From positions 87,110,001-87,174,000 of the forward strand of contig CM059438.1 in assembly GCA_030390025.1 (NCBI GenBank): a stretch of 64,000 nt of DNA. Reading direction: 5' to 3'. The first letter of the stretch is position 1; each line of letters starts with the position of its first letter. The notes under the pieces were generated by a model. The model made no database searches. It saw only the letters and a list, made by a program, of their open reading frames with translations, and was not told where the DNA came from. Shown here in pieces: positions 50,501 through 64,000 of the stretch. A program made the position numbers and the translations under genes. This DNA is from Squalus acanthias (taxonomy: Eukaryota).

Positions 50501-53500
50501 TTCCTGGGGGATAGCATACCTGGTATACATTATACAGAGAGTAACAGAGGACTGGGAGTGTGCTGCAACACAAGAACTCGAGCCAGGTTGGGGCGGTGGG
50601 GAGCACGGCAGAACAACTTAACCATTCACCAGAGCCCGAATCTCTGCCATCCTCCAGCACACCAGTGGATATTTATTTTTATGCTTCTGTGGGTTTTTTT
50701 TTAATATTAATGAACTTTCCAATTTGAGGTACTCCGCTACTTCCACTATTTCCCTCCCCCTGTGCCAGCTCCTTCCACTCTGATTGACGGGATATATCAG
50801 TGTGACTTTGTGTTGCATGATTGAAATGGGGGTGGGGGGAGGTTCACAAAAATGGTTACAGTTTAGTGGCTGGTAAAATGTGTGGTTGGTTATTTACTGG
50901 AATAATAATTTTACAGGGCTTCATACCGTACAGTGGGACAGCACTCATCCAAACACCGCTAGTGATGGCACTTCCTATTGCAAAAAGAATCCTTCCTAGT
51001 GTAGTCTTTTATCAGATTGAGTAACTTATTTGGTAGACTATGTAAAAATGTTTATCAGCTTTTGAGTATTAATCTGTGACTTTGGTACTCAGAAACTTAA
51101 CGCTACTCCACAGTGTGGGACTGGTATTTTAAGCTATGGACGAAGTGGCATTGGGTGTGTGACTGGTCCGATAACTGATGGCAGCGAAATATCTTTCATA
51201 GTTAAAAGATTCATACTTAAATCCAGCTTTGGAAGTCGGGAGGGAAAATCGCTCTTTAAACAACACATTGCTGGAGGAGCAGAATGCCTCCGCTATCAGC
51301 TGTTTCTGTGCTGTATTCTTCCAGTACTGTGATATTTAAATAGCGATTCTCTCTCCTAACTTCCACCCCTCCGTTTTCTTTAGAGCCATCAGAGTGTGAG
51401 CGGTAAATCGCTAGTCTGAGCTGTATTCGGTGCTGACACGTTCGGATTAGTGGCTCTGTTGTACTACAGACTCTACCTATTAATGATGTTTATATAATCT
51501 CATTGTTCATTACCGGCGATCAAACCACCTAACTAGAAAATGGACATTATCACAGAGCCAATTTTTTTTTAATGTGCATTGAAAATACCCTGGTTAATTT
51601 TAATGTTTGCTGATTTTTTTAAAAAAAATGTTCATTAAAGAGAGGAACCCGTCATTCTGATCACATCATCCTTACGGTAATGTTTTAAACCTAGAGCAAC
51701 GGAGAGGTTGTTTTTTTTTCATATTCTATCTTAATGAGATGGATCATTCAATCAACAGAATTTCCAAATTGAGAGTAAAGTGGCAACTTTGAAAGTTCCA
51801 CTTTATGCCCATTTTTTGTAAAACCCCCCATTTAATTTAGAAATCTAGGACCTGAACTGAGACAGCGGGATATTTGTGTACGAATGATGAAGGTGTTTGT
51901 CTGAAATTCCTCTCTCTCTCTCTCGTTTTACTGGAGGCGATGGCCCATTTGATTTAAACAAGCAAAGATAGCGGAGAGAGAAATTTCGGAGGAGCCAGGG
52001 TAGTATCCAATCGTGCCATTTCAGGGCTCTGGTCTAATTCAAGTCACATTGTTCCAAACTGACTATCACCCAGTGTCTACACTTTGTGGCTGAACTCGGC
52101 CACACACAGCATCAGGTTAATGGGCAGAACGCAGGTACACCGCACAGACGATATAAAATCGGCATCACGAAGTGAGTTTTCAACTCCAGAGTGACATCCG
52201 AATGGATACATGTCCACAGGAACGATGCTCAAAGTCTGAAGAGCTTGAAATCAGACCAGTCTGGATTTACACCTGTTGCTGTAAATGGGGTTTGAGAGAG
52301 AAACGAGAGTGTTTACAACACACGAGGTTCTACAAATATACTCTAACCAACTATGATCAGAACTAAATGCAGAAAGTACAACAGGTAGTGTACGAATGCC
52401 CTTTAATAAACCTCGTACAATCGCCAGCTAATCGGGTGTGTAAGAAGCCACTAGTGAATATTTATGGTGTATATATTTGCTATGAAATACAACACCGTTG
52501 ACAAACTATGTGCTATGTTCCGTCACATTAACGAGAGCTGTGAAGTAAGTATTCGGTTGTAGAGGTCAACACTCTGTCGGATTTTTTAAACTTGCTCCTG
52601 ACTCTCTCGTCAGGTATACCACAGCCTTTGAATTCTCCATGAATACAGGACTTAATGCGTGGAGTTTTATACCCTGAACCTCTTAACCTGACAGCAAAAC
52701 GCCTTGAAGATGCAATGGTAATTAGAGTTTTTGTTTCCAACCGTGCGATATGCAAGTCAAACCCACCCAGTCGCAATAAGCAGATTCCCACAGGCTTGTT
52801 CTTACAAGATGTACACTGTCTGTAAATAGGGGAAACCGCAGACAAACTATTATATAAACAACCAAACAGCCGCCGGGTTTTGCCCATGATTCCAACTATT
52901 TGGAAAGAAAAACTTACTTTTGATAAAACTCTGAATTTCCAAACATACCCGCAAATTTATCATTAAAAAAGAATGATGTTCCTGTTTAGGGGGTGTCTGT
53001 GTCACGGGCTTGGTGGAGAAACAGGTCATCAGGAGGCCTGGATTATTGTTTAAAAACGAAATCAAATTTCATTTAAAGTTTTGTCAATTCATTCCTTTTT
53101 GATATTTATCATATTTACATATCTGTGTTATGTTTTCATGCTTTTTTAAAAAATAAATTCTATTGCGTCGAAATGCAATAACAAATGACAAGTAATGCCC
53201 TGGTTATTCTGTTTAAATTGTGATTTTAAAAACATTGAACAGCAATTTTAGAACGATTTTTGTGATGCAAAATATATCAATCCAAATAAAATCGGCATTG
53301 GCTGAATACAAACAAAAACAATATGTTCACGGGTTTCAGCACAACTGAACTAGCATTCATGCCCATCAGGTTACAAGAAGCACCGTTTACCCCTTATAAC
53401 CCTGTGTCGATAGAAATTATTTACACCAAAAAAATTGAAAGACAATATTACCACCCGGATGTGTGGGATGGTCACTAACTCTCGCCCACTACAAGAAGCA

Positions 53501-55299
53501 ATCTGGTTCTGTTCATCGGTCGCCTGGTGCTGCAGTGATTACATCACAGGGAGGTGTCATTCCCTTAAGTGAGTCAGGTGGTCTCACTAAAGGTGTTTAT
53601 CAAGCTTCAAAACTCTTCTTACAAACCCGAGCTTACAGCCAACATTTCCCCCAAGGTCCCCACGGATGCCCCATCTATAGAGCAGCGGAAACCTTTAAAA
53701 AAAATAACTCCTGTAAAAGGACCAATTTCCCGCCTCTCTCAAATTGAAATAAGTTTGACAATGTTATATAAAACAGCCAATACCCAACAGTCACCAGACT
53801 GTAACCTACATCAAGACAGAAACTGCCCAAACCTCAGGATCAACATTTATAATGTTCCCCAAACCCTCTTAAGTTACTCTTAAGTATCTGATGATTATGT
53901 AACCTCATTAATATTAAAATAAAAAAACAAGATATTAATATTAATCTAATATAGGTTTCCCAGCACTCAGCTGACTGGTTAACTGTTGCCACTCGAAAAA
54001 CGCATTTAACTGGCTCAATTTGGTTCAAGGGGGTAGTGGGCTCCCTCCCTTCACCACACAAACTAAAACTGCAATTGGGGCAAAAGTGCCATGGTGCCAT
54101 TAAATGTGATTGTGGGCTAACTGTACAGCTACATCCAAAGCACCTCAAAGAGATGCCTCACCTTTCCCCACAATGGGTTACTGATCTCAGCTGGGTTCCC
54201 TGAGGGTGGGGCATATCTCTCCGCACAGGGAAGGAAAATGGGAGGACAAGTCCCCCCACCCCCGGGTCTTGTGTACCTCTGAACAGCATTTACAGAACAC
54301 AGAGCACAGACTTCGAAGTAGATCATCTGCTCGCCCTGCCAGCATAGAGGGAACAGGTAAAAATAGGGAGTGAAATCCGGAGCTGGCCTGTAAAGGGATC
54401 ATGTCGGGGCCCTTCGGAGGAGCCAAGAGCGTCGGACTGTGTCCCCCTAAAACGAGCATCATCTCATCCCCGGGACGCTTTATTCTACAAAAGTTGTGTT
54501 TCGAACCCCGATCGTTAGCACTTCAAAAGGTTCTAGAATTGAAAATGCACATCTGAGTTTTGCCAGTACACTTTTTTTAATAAATAAGAGCGAATCCTTT
54601 ATTGACCGATATATAATTAAAAAAAGGATGGAACTGTGTTGCACATTCTTCCATAATTTGCCTTTCAATATTTTACAAATGACAAGTGTAAACAGAAATA
54701 GAGGAGATTTAAACGGAGAGGGTCACTCATTCTGGAAAAACCTGCAAGAAAATTGTCTTGACGTTTTGAAATTCTCCATTGACAATCTACCGGTATAAAA
54801 ATAATAATGTTTGGGAACTCTCGAAGCGGAACATTAGACGGTGAAACTCGGTTTCTTGTTCTCTCCTTGTTGCTGCGCTCAGTTCCTATTAAGTGGAATA
54901 CTGAGGTGTGACAGACAGGTTGCTGACAGTTACAGGAATTCACATTTAAACACACTGTTCTAAAGGACAGTCATTCCATTTAAACAGCAATCAAGACTTT
55001 TTTTTGTGGTCACGATTATTGTTGAACAGCCAGGTTGCAAGATGAGCTGTGGAAACTGACGATGCAATTAGTGCTGTAGATATTTTTAAGATCTATAATT
55101 GGAAAGGGGGAGATTTCACTTAACAGGAACTTGAAGCAAGGGTACTCAAGACAAATACCAAAGAACGGGGATGTAGATAGAAAATGGATTGATTGAATTT
55201 TTCAAACCGTTTTTTTCTCTTTAAACCCGCAGTGCTGACTTGTTGAGTATTGGTAAGTGGAACCAAACGGTTCCCGGATTTTTTTTTGTTACGAATGTC

Positions 55300-55470
55300 T
55301 TTTTTTTGTTCTTTGTTTCTTTCTGCTGGGAGCTGAGTGCGCCGGGGAATGCCAAGACCCGCTGCCCATCTGTCAGTCTCCCGGAGCCGGGGTGCCGCTC
55401 CCAGGCTGCCGCACTAACAGCTGCCGGCTCCAACTCCACTGCTGCTGTCAGTATTCAATAAATAATCATA
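55300..55470. promoter_or_regulatory. Candidate BARHL1 3' enhancer containing an E-box (CAGCTG at 55418-55423)
   Basis: GC-rich unique island 3' of the stop codon with aaCAGCTGcc and TGTCAG motifs. Mouse Barhl1 is known to be driven by Atoh1 through a 3' E-box; orthology is not verified. Confidence 0.45.
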
Positions 55471-56086
55471 TTTGTAATACAGGGGGTGGGTGTGGGGTGT
55501 TAGTGATCTCTCTCGTCTTCAATCTACACCCAGCTCAAATCAAAACACAACATGAAACTGTACCAAAAAATGTGCACGGTTAAAAAATCAAGCTCGATAG
55601 GCTCACAGGGGTATATACAATATAATACACAAGACTCGTCCATCGTTGTAACTTATTTTTAAAATAAATAAATTGTACAATTTAAATGTTCAATAACAAC
55701 AAAAAGTATTTTTTTAAATAGTGCAACATTACTGGGGACCAATTACTGTTTCCATAACATGAAGTTGATTTCCATTTTGTAAAAAACTATAAATATTTTT
55801 AAAAGAAAAATAATAAACTATAGATGCCGAGGATGAATTGAAACAATTTTAAATTAAGACTATGTTTGTATCACAGTTAAAAACCTCTCACTTTTTACAC
55901 AAAAAAGTTTGAAAATAAAACCCATAAATACAGTAGATTACAATCTTTTTTTAAAAATTGTTTCACTTATTTTTTTTAAATACTGGAGCATTTTTTTGTA
56001 TTTTGATTTTTTTTTCTGTTGGTGTTTCCTGGGTTTCCCACTAAAGTCCAAGCGGGGGGGAGAGGGGGGGAGAGGGGGGGAGTGGC

Positions 56087-56378
56087 TCACCGTGGCTGCG
56101 GCGGCCGGGGAAGGACACCTGCGAGGCCGGGAAGGGGCGGCGGCTGCTCGCCCCCCGCTGCCAGTCCGTGGATGAGCACCCGGGGAACGATGGGTCGCTG
56201 GATGACGGGGTGAGGAGCGGCGGGACCCCGGTACATGTACATGGCCGTCGGGTCCAGGTTGGAGACGACGTTGGGGTGATAGAAATAAGGTGATGGGAAC
56301 ATGCGTTGCAGGGCCGAGTAGTTGCCAGCCTCTGCTAAAAGTTCCAGTCCCACCGCTGTCTGTCTTTTCCACTTGGTC
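56087..56378 (-). CDS. BARHL1: BARHL1 exon 3 (end of homeodomain and C-terminus)
   Basis: Acceptor ccccaacAG. Translates (R)TKWKRQTAVGLELLAEAGNYSALQRMFPSPYFY...VSNLDP...PPPLPGLAGVLPRPPQPR*. The C-terminus matches BARHL1 rather than BARHL2, and DDX31 adjacency supports this. Confidence 0.95.
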
Positions 56379-58267
56379 CTGTTGGGGGGAAAAGGGGCAA
56401 AGAATGAATTCCACAGCTCGAGTTAAACCTGCATTAAAGAGCTTCCAATCTTAACACTTCAAATTCCAATGTGCTCCCCACTCCACAACATAAAGCGAGT
56501 TTATTCTCTTATTTCCTCGTTGCTTTGATCAGTCTCCGTTGAATGAATACAAACCAGATTGCATCACAACTCGGCTGTTCAATGACTGGACCCTGTTCCT
56601 AGCAGTGAATGGAAGCCGGGGCCAGGGTTTGGAGACACTGTCCTTTGATTGAAAGGGGTTCAGGAGCCACCTCATGAACCAGCGTCTGAGCCCAGTCTGT
56701 GAGATCAATGTGTGTGTGTGTTTGTGTTGTGCAGCCCTTCGTGTGCTGGCCATCATCATTCTGGCCATCAACATTTGAATGTATTTATCATAGATTATAG
56801 ATATATGTGATTCTTAATAACTGGAATAAATAATCACTGGATTTTAAATCCAAGATTTCACACAGCTTGGTCAGGTCGGCACCGATAACGAGCTGTAAAT
56901 GATATCTTTATTTTTAAACTCTGACAATATTAACTGAGATCTCAGCTAATTCCTGCAAACTTTAAACCTCGGAGTGAGAATCAGTCTGATCTGGGGAGGG
57001 GGGGGGGAGGAAACCGGCAACGAAAACTCATTTCCAAACAGCACCTTGGCTATTTCCCAAAGTGTGTATAAAGGAATGAGCGTTGGGAGAGCGTTTCCCT
57101 TTCTGAAAGGGAGGCCCTTCCTCCAATGTTTAAATCGTTCTTAAATTCCTTCCATTGTTCTTAATTTCGCGTTCGGTCATTTTATATTCAGTCTCGGTAT
57201 TTCTAAAGTTCTATTTCCTGCCGGGCGAGAATGTTCAGAGGGGGTGGGGGCGGAATAAACCGAATGGAAAAGATCGAGATCGAGAGAGCCCATTGCTCCG
57301 GGCAGCGCCCTGTTCATTCCCGGGACTGGACAATCTGATTTGTACCGGTTTATGTATCATCTGCATTGCAGAATCTTTATTAAATTGCTTCCTTTTATCT
57401 GGGACCTATTCTCAGCGCGCGCCGCCGCCGCAATCCCCGAGTAGTTTCAACAAGTAATGTGACTTGTCTCCAGACTCTGAACTTCCTGCCATTCCTGGTG
57501 GGACAATCCGATCCCAGAGCCCCGCTGATCCGCCGCAATCAGCCCAATTGTCACCGTCCTTCCCATTAAACCATCTCACCGCCACTTCTTTCAATGATCC
57601 GCTCCACCTGCATCTCTCTCTCTCTCTCTCTCTGTGTTCACAGTTAGAATGGTGGCAACCAGAATGTCATTTATTCGTCAATAAACTGGTTTTAATAAAA
57701 AAAACATTGCTGCTTTAGGGGGGAATTCTTAAATTCCCCAACACTTTAAGAAAGGCGGGCGTGTGTTTAGTTGATAAAATGATGGTTGTGGCTCCCATTA
57801 ATGAATTTATGAGCTGTCAGAATCCCCACTAATGGGGATTTGTCAATCAGCCTAATTTTTAAAGGCAGGCTGTCTCTCGGAGGATCCCAATTCTGTCACC
57901 AATCAATCGATCGATTAACTTTTAATTATGTTCCGCTCCTCGCCGTCTACAGTTCAAGGATGTCTTAATGGAGTGAGATTGAGTGTGTCAGGGCACAGGT
58001 CGCAAGCCCAGGCACGGGTCTCCGGCAGGTCTCTGTAACTGAATGTCAAGCGCTGGGGGGTAAGGAGCGGCAGACGTTACACCGAGCCTGTCTCCGGGTC
58101 CACGGCAAGGTAAGGGCCGAGCCCCCCTCTCAGTCTCTCTCTCTATATATCGCCCTGTCAGTGTCACTGGTAGATTACTACTCGCGGCCGGGATTGGCAA
58201 CTAGTCCTTGTACAGAGCTGGCTCTAAATAGGAGCAATTACCGACCCATTCCTCAGAGAACGGATGA

Positions 58268-58360
58268 AGTAGGGGACAGGAGGCAGGGAGTAGGGGACAG
58301 GAGACAGGGAGTAGGGGACTGAAGGCAGGGAGTAGGGAATAGGGGATAGGGGGCAGGGGG
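58268..58360. repeat. Purine/G-rich ~20-bp minisatellite in BARHL1 intron 2
   Basis: agtaggggacaggaggcagg units. Confidence 0.8.
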
Positions 58361-61300
58361 GCAGTTCCGAAAGCTGCCATCAATACCACACCCGCATCGG
58401 AGGAGAATTGAGGGACATTTGAGTCGCTCTTGCTACTGATCAATTCCAGAACCTCCTTTCCCTCCCCCACCTGTAACACATTTCCTGGGAGGGGGTGTCG
58501 GTGTGTGAATGATTTTACCAGAACCATAAATCAGCACATTTTTCAGTTGCGGGTTTTGCTCTCAACATTCTGAAGTCCGGGCTAGAACTGCTGCTGCAGT
58601 TTCTCAGACATTATCTGATGTCAATCGGTAAAGAGCTGTACATCCGCAGGAAAGGGAGATAAATGAGGTTTATATCAAGTCCTGTCAGAGTCCATCTGTG
58701 CAATGCTGACTGGCATTCGCACAGCGATTTGATGTGGGGAGTGTAGATTCAGATTCACATTCAGAGCCCCATAACCTGCGCTCTTCCTGTGTTGAGAGAG
58801 AGGGGTGGGTATATGATCACACAAAGATTTTGACAGGATTTACCCCTATATATAACGGTCTTAACATTAATACAATTGGTCGCTTGAATTGATTGCCTTT
58901 ATACTGGCCACCCAGAACAGCAAAAATACCTAAATGTGACATGAATGAAACTGTAAAATAATAAAGTTCTTATCACTAATATAACACGAATCTTAATGTA
59001 TTATCTGTAGGTGTTATAGCATATATAAATACACAGTGGCGTTACTGTCCTGTTCTATCGTAAATAACGCGGAAACTACAACATAAACTCTCTTTCAAGT
59101 GTGGCCCTTATCCCTTCCCCTGGCAGATTTTTCAATCCTAGTTAGTTTGACAGCTTTATGTAACTGTTCGCCCCAGGGTGCCTAGAGATGATTGCTTCTC
59201 TTTGTGGTGCTGTTCCTCTACCTTATGAGCAGACAGTTTTCATCATCTCCTCTTTTGGGCCCAGTTTGGAGAGTAGTTTGAGTGATATTTAAGGGTAATT
59301 GCAGCTCCTCGTGTGAAGTACACTTCCTCTGGCGCTCTGAGCCTGTATTGTACGGTCTCCTTTGGGACCTGAACCAAACCGATTTCTTAAAGGAGGTGGT
59401 TAGTAGATCCAGGTAATAAGTGCTTTACACCCAACCTCAACGACAAATTCGATCCGATAGCTGATGCTTAAATGCAGGTTCTCGGTCTAGGTGTGTCCGC
59501 CTTGTGTAACTAGCATTAAATAGGGGATAGAGAGAGAGAGAGAGTGAGAGGGGGGAGGGAGGGGGGGGGGGTCTCCATGACAGGTGGCTGCTTAATCCAA
59601 AAGCAAACTCGTGTGATTAAAAAGCCGCTAGTTCTAATTATTTTCTGAACTGTGTAGATGTTAACAGGACGACAAGAAATTGGATATTGCAACGTGCTGT
59701 ACCTACATTAAGATCTCACTTCCCACTCACTGAGCATTCATTTACCCACAAGCAAGATGAGTGATTCCCATTTTCGGTTCAAATACAATTCGGATGGAAC
59801 TAATAGAATTAAGTGATGCAGGAACGGACTGAAAGTGGTAGGACGTATACAACAACAACAACTTATATTTAGATAGCGCCTTTAGCGTAATAAAACACAA
59901 TAAAGGGTGGGCCCCAAATAAAGTCCAACCAAATGTCACCTACATCTGGATTGCTCGTGGACAAACAATGGAGAGGGGATTTCACCCAATGGGCATTCAA
60001 CCAGATGTTGCTGCCACTGGACTCTTCTGTCTCAATGGGATTGGTTCATTGTGGCCGATTGATATTGAAGTGGCTCGCTGTTCCTGGCCTCCTCTTTCGG
60101 GACCATATTTCGAGACACTTTGGTTAGGAGGATGTTTGTTGTTTAGGTTTCAATGCAGTTTAGTAATTTCTTTTCCAGATTACTCATTTAAATTTATTTT
60201 GGCATGGTTCTCCCCAGTGTGTGTTTTATTACATCTCTGCCCCTGGGGCATTTACAGAAGAGCTCACATCTGCAATGAGACTGCTGTGTGGCGCCTTCTG
60301 TCAAGTTTCTCGTTGTTTCAATTGTTGTAATCTGTGCCTCGCCTTACCTCGAGACTTTAAATAATTTTGACTTTATCATTCGTTTGACACAGTTAAATAT
60401 AGCTTAACGTTGTTTGGTACTGATATGAAAAAAAACTCCCCAGTTAATGCATATAGAGAGAAAATTCATAATATCGAGCCCACACCTCCCTTTCAACCGC
60501 GGGTTCGATTTTATACTTTTCTAATTTCAGTTCCTGGTGTGAGCGCTGCTCGCTGTCTGACCGCTGGTTTATTGAGCGCGGTTCCATCCAGTGTATTGGT
60601 GATGGAATGGGTTCAGTTACTTGGATTATTTTTTTGTACATTTTTGATGTCCTCGGCCCCTGCTACTAACATTTCAAAAGTGGATTGTACGCCTTGTCCC
60701 CCTGCGCTAAATTAGGTTTCGGCACCTGTTTTGGTTCCGTTTCCTTCTACAAGATGTATTCTCCATGCCAAATACACTAACTCCTGACCCACGGCCAGGA
60801 TCCCTTCCCAGAAGAAGCCCGCCCGTCCCTCGCCCTGTCTGATATCATTGGTGATCTTACAGAACCCTCAAACCTCACTGCCACCCCACCCCCTCCCTCC
60901 CCCGTCAGTTCATTGCTTCGTTAACAGAACGCAAGAGTATGGAGACAAACTGAGTGGTCAGAGTCAACCCTCTTTTCTGAGGCGCTAGTTGGATTTTTAA
61001 CGGCCGCTGTGATTCACATTCGCTTGTGCAAGTTTACAAACTGTGTGAGACAGAGCGGACAATAATCCCGACTCATTCTAACATTCTTTGTAACCTAGTT
61101 CTGAGTTTGTGGGGATTCTATTCCCATTCTGAGATAGAGTATTTCTGTGATCCGTGTATTTGTTCCCAGAGCCTGTGGAACTGGTGTGGGATAGATGATG
61201 GTTTAGACATTTCACTCTCCACTAATGTGGGTTGATTTTCACACCTTGCCAGATGTGGAAATGTGACCATTTAAATCTCGGAGCTGGATGCCTCCCCTCC

Positions 61301-61420
61301 CCGTATTGTCCTGCAGTGGAGTTTTGTGATCGTTTATATTCCCCCCCTCCCCCTGTTGTGTTTGATTTGATTCTCGCCTCTTTGTTGTCTTATGAATTGG
61401 TTGTAGTTGTGTCGGCCTCA

Positions 61421-61756
<336 letters not shown>

Positions 61757-64000
61757 CTACCCCTATCCAAGGAGAGGGCTTCACTTTTTTTTTAGCAAGC
61801 TCCCACTTTGCGGCCGGGAAACTTGAATAAACTATTGGTTGTCCTCTGGGAGTTTGCTCAGGTGCACGTTTCTCGCAGATACACAATGCACGCACTCCGC
61901 GTTCATGTTGCTAACTCCTGATAATTATCATGAGTACCAATAAATATTGGTTCAAAGCCCCAGGAATGTCAGCCTGTTTCCTTAAAGACTGCTCGGATAT
62001 TCTTGACTATTTTGCATTCAAAGTGCAGGGTCTTGGGTTTCGCTCTGGAATTACAGCAGGGAGCCTGGTTAACATTTTAAACACTTTTACAACAAGACCA
62101 GCAGCTCTTTTATTCCCCCTCCCAAAGCCGAACAAATTATGTTTGATTCTCTTTCATTCTGCTTTGTAATTACTGGAGCTACACACGGCCAGCGCTCTGT
62201 CTCTCTGTCTCTGTGGGTGTGTGTGTCAGTCTATCTCTCTGATAGCTGGTAACCTCCTTACGGAAATCATTTTCGGTCTGCTGTTATGAAATGACACATT
62301 AATTAAAGAGGTGTTTGAGTTCACAAGGCCGCAAGCGGCCGCTCAGACAACCAGTGCCTGTCCTGGACGCTATTTTGTTCCATTTAAAAGCTGGACTCCT
62401 GCTGTGCTTGCAGGTACGAAATAAGGGCAGAATACAGCAGTTCTTTGTCTGCGTGTACCGAGTGGGTTTGAGAAGGGACGAGAGGGCAGAAAGGAGACTG
62501 GATACTCGGATCTAATTCGACTGGCCAGGAAGGAAACAATCCCTTTAATTGAGCCACGGGGGAACCTGCCCCGAGCTGTCTGAGGCGGCAACTCGGCCGA
62601 TTAGAGACCCAATCATCGAACTATCCTTCTTCAAAATCCTGATCACAGGATTATTTTGCAAATGACACCGATTCCTTGAAGCCGACTGCGTCAATTAGAT
62701 GCAGGGACCGGGAATATCCTGCACAGGACGGCGCGATTTAACTCGTGTTATACAAATTAAACCCTTCAGAAGCGAACAAAGCCGATCAGTGCCAGAATAC
62801 TTCAAAAATAAAACTGATCATAGGATTATTCCGCAAATGAAAGCGAACCCCGAACAGGGAGGCTGAGTGACCACTTCAGTGCGGTGTTCCATGCACAAAC
62901 TGTTCGACAAAATATTCCACCTAAAGCCGAACTCTACTTTCCAACCAAAGCGATTGTAGCTATTGTGTCTGTCCCTTCATCTCCCACCGAGTAACATCTC
63001 TCCATTTAAACTTGATCCTGTAAGATAGACAGGGGCCACTAAAGAATGCATTACCTGCGCTAACTGTCCACACCGATACAGTATAAACAAGGCCAATGTT
63101 GTACACACTCAGGGTCAACAGAATCATCAGTGTCCAGAACGCGGCTCCACGAATCTAGCTCAAACTGTCCTCCTTTTAGTGATAATTCACAGAACGAGCC
63201 CATCTTTTTTCAGGGTCACAAGAGAGGCGAAGTCACCGAGAGAGGCTCCTTTCTTTCTCTTCGCCACTGTGGCTGTGATAATCATTCAATTTGTTCTCAA
63301 TCGGTTGAATGTGCGAGGAAGCGGCTCCCACAATTATACCAATTCGAAATCGGCTCGGCCCCAAACCCAGGTTTAAAGAGCGCAGCCCCTCCCTCAAACT
63401 TTCAGTGACACATGCTGCATTTCGCCGAATGCTCGTTGTACCAGTCTGAATCCAGAGACAAATATCATCCCATTTACTGCATTCATTGCACTATTCTGCT
63501 TTGGCGACTATGAATACGGAGATACAGGGCTGCACTGTATAGCTAGTCATGTAATTACCGGGAAATAACACGACTTTTATTGTCTGTGAACCTGCAAACA
63601 TTCAGCGACCAAAATCTTTCTGACCTGTGTAATTAATTGACTGAAATTCACTGCAGAAAGTTCTGGTCTGCTTTTATTAAATTCATTTAACATTTAAAAA
63701 ATATACACAACGGGGATTTATGCAACTCATCAGTTCCAAGATACAGTATCTGAATATTGTGGGGATTATATCAATCACTCTGGCTCCAGTGAAAATGGAG
63801 AGAAATTGTATAACGAACTATGTCATCCGGAAGCGAGCACTGAAAACGGTTCTATAACAAACACTTTCTTTTATTGTGAAGCAAAAGGAAGCCTGTTAAC
63901 CCACTCTGCCGGTTAACTTTATTAAGACGCCAAAAAAATCCCTTTCAGGGGCTCCGAAATACTTGGATTATTAGCAGACTTTATCAGCTTTTTGAAACAC

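Noticed and set aside
55938-56414. 158-aa minus-strand ORF and overlapping plus-strand ORFs
   Set aside because: These are alternative frames of GC-rich BARHL1 exon 3.

Overview
Vertebrate nuclear DNA, most likely a cartilaginous fish (shark-type CR1, L2, Deu-domain SINE, HE1/V-SINE, Penelope and Harbinger repeats; the taxon is inferred from repeat content). Two genes lie tail to tail, as in human synteny. On + are the last four coding exons of the DEAD-box helicase DDX31 (5572-5650, 22469-22577, 27072-27255, 47399-47549; splice phases are consistent). On - are exons 2 and 3 of the homeobox gene BARHL1 (61422-61644, 56087-56378; exon 1 is not in the window). The large DDX31 introns hold many transposons. 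These include a nested stack (CR1 > Harbinger with a Myb/SANT gene carrying a heptad expansion > CR1 > Penelope with a minimal hammerhead ribozyme), Harbinger-type MITEs, a second hammerhead-bearing Penelope insertion, and a local cluster of putative non-autonomous Helitrons. Homeodomain/E-box-rich unique blocks look like BARHL1 enhancers, and the ~16 kb around BARHL1 has almost no recognisable transposons. I found no prokaryotic-type system, and every family assignment is from recalled consensus features, not from searches.
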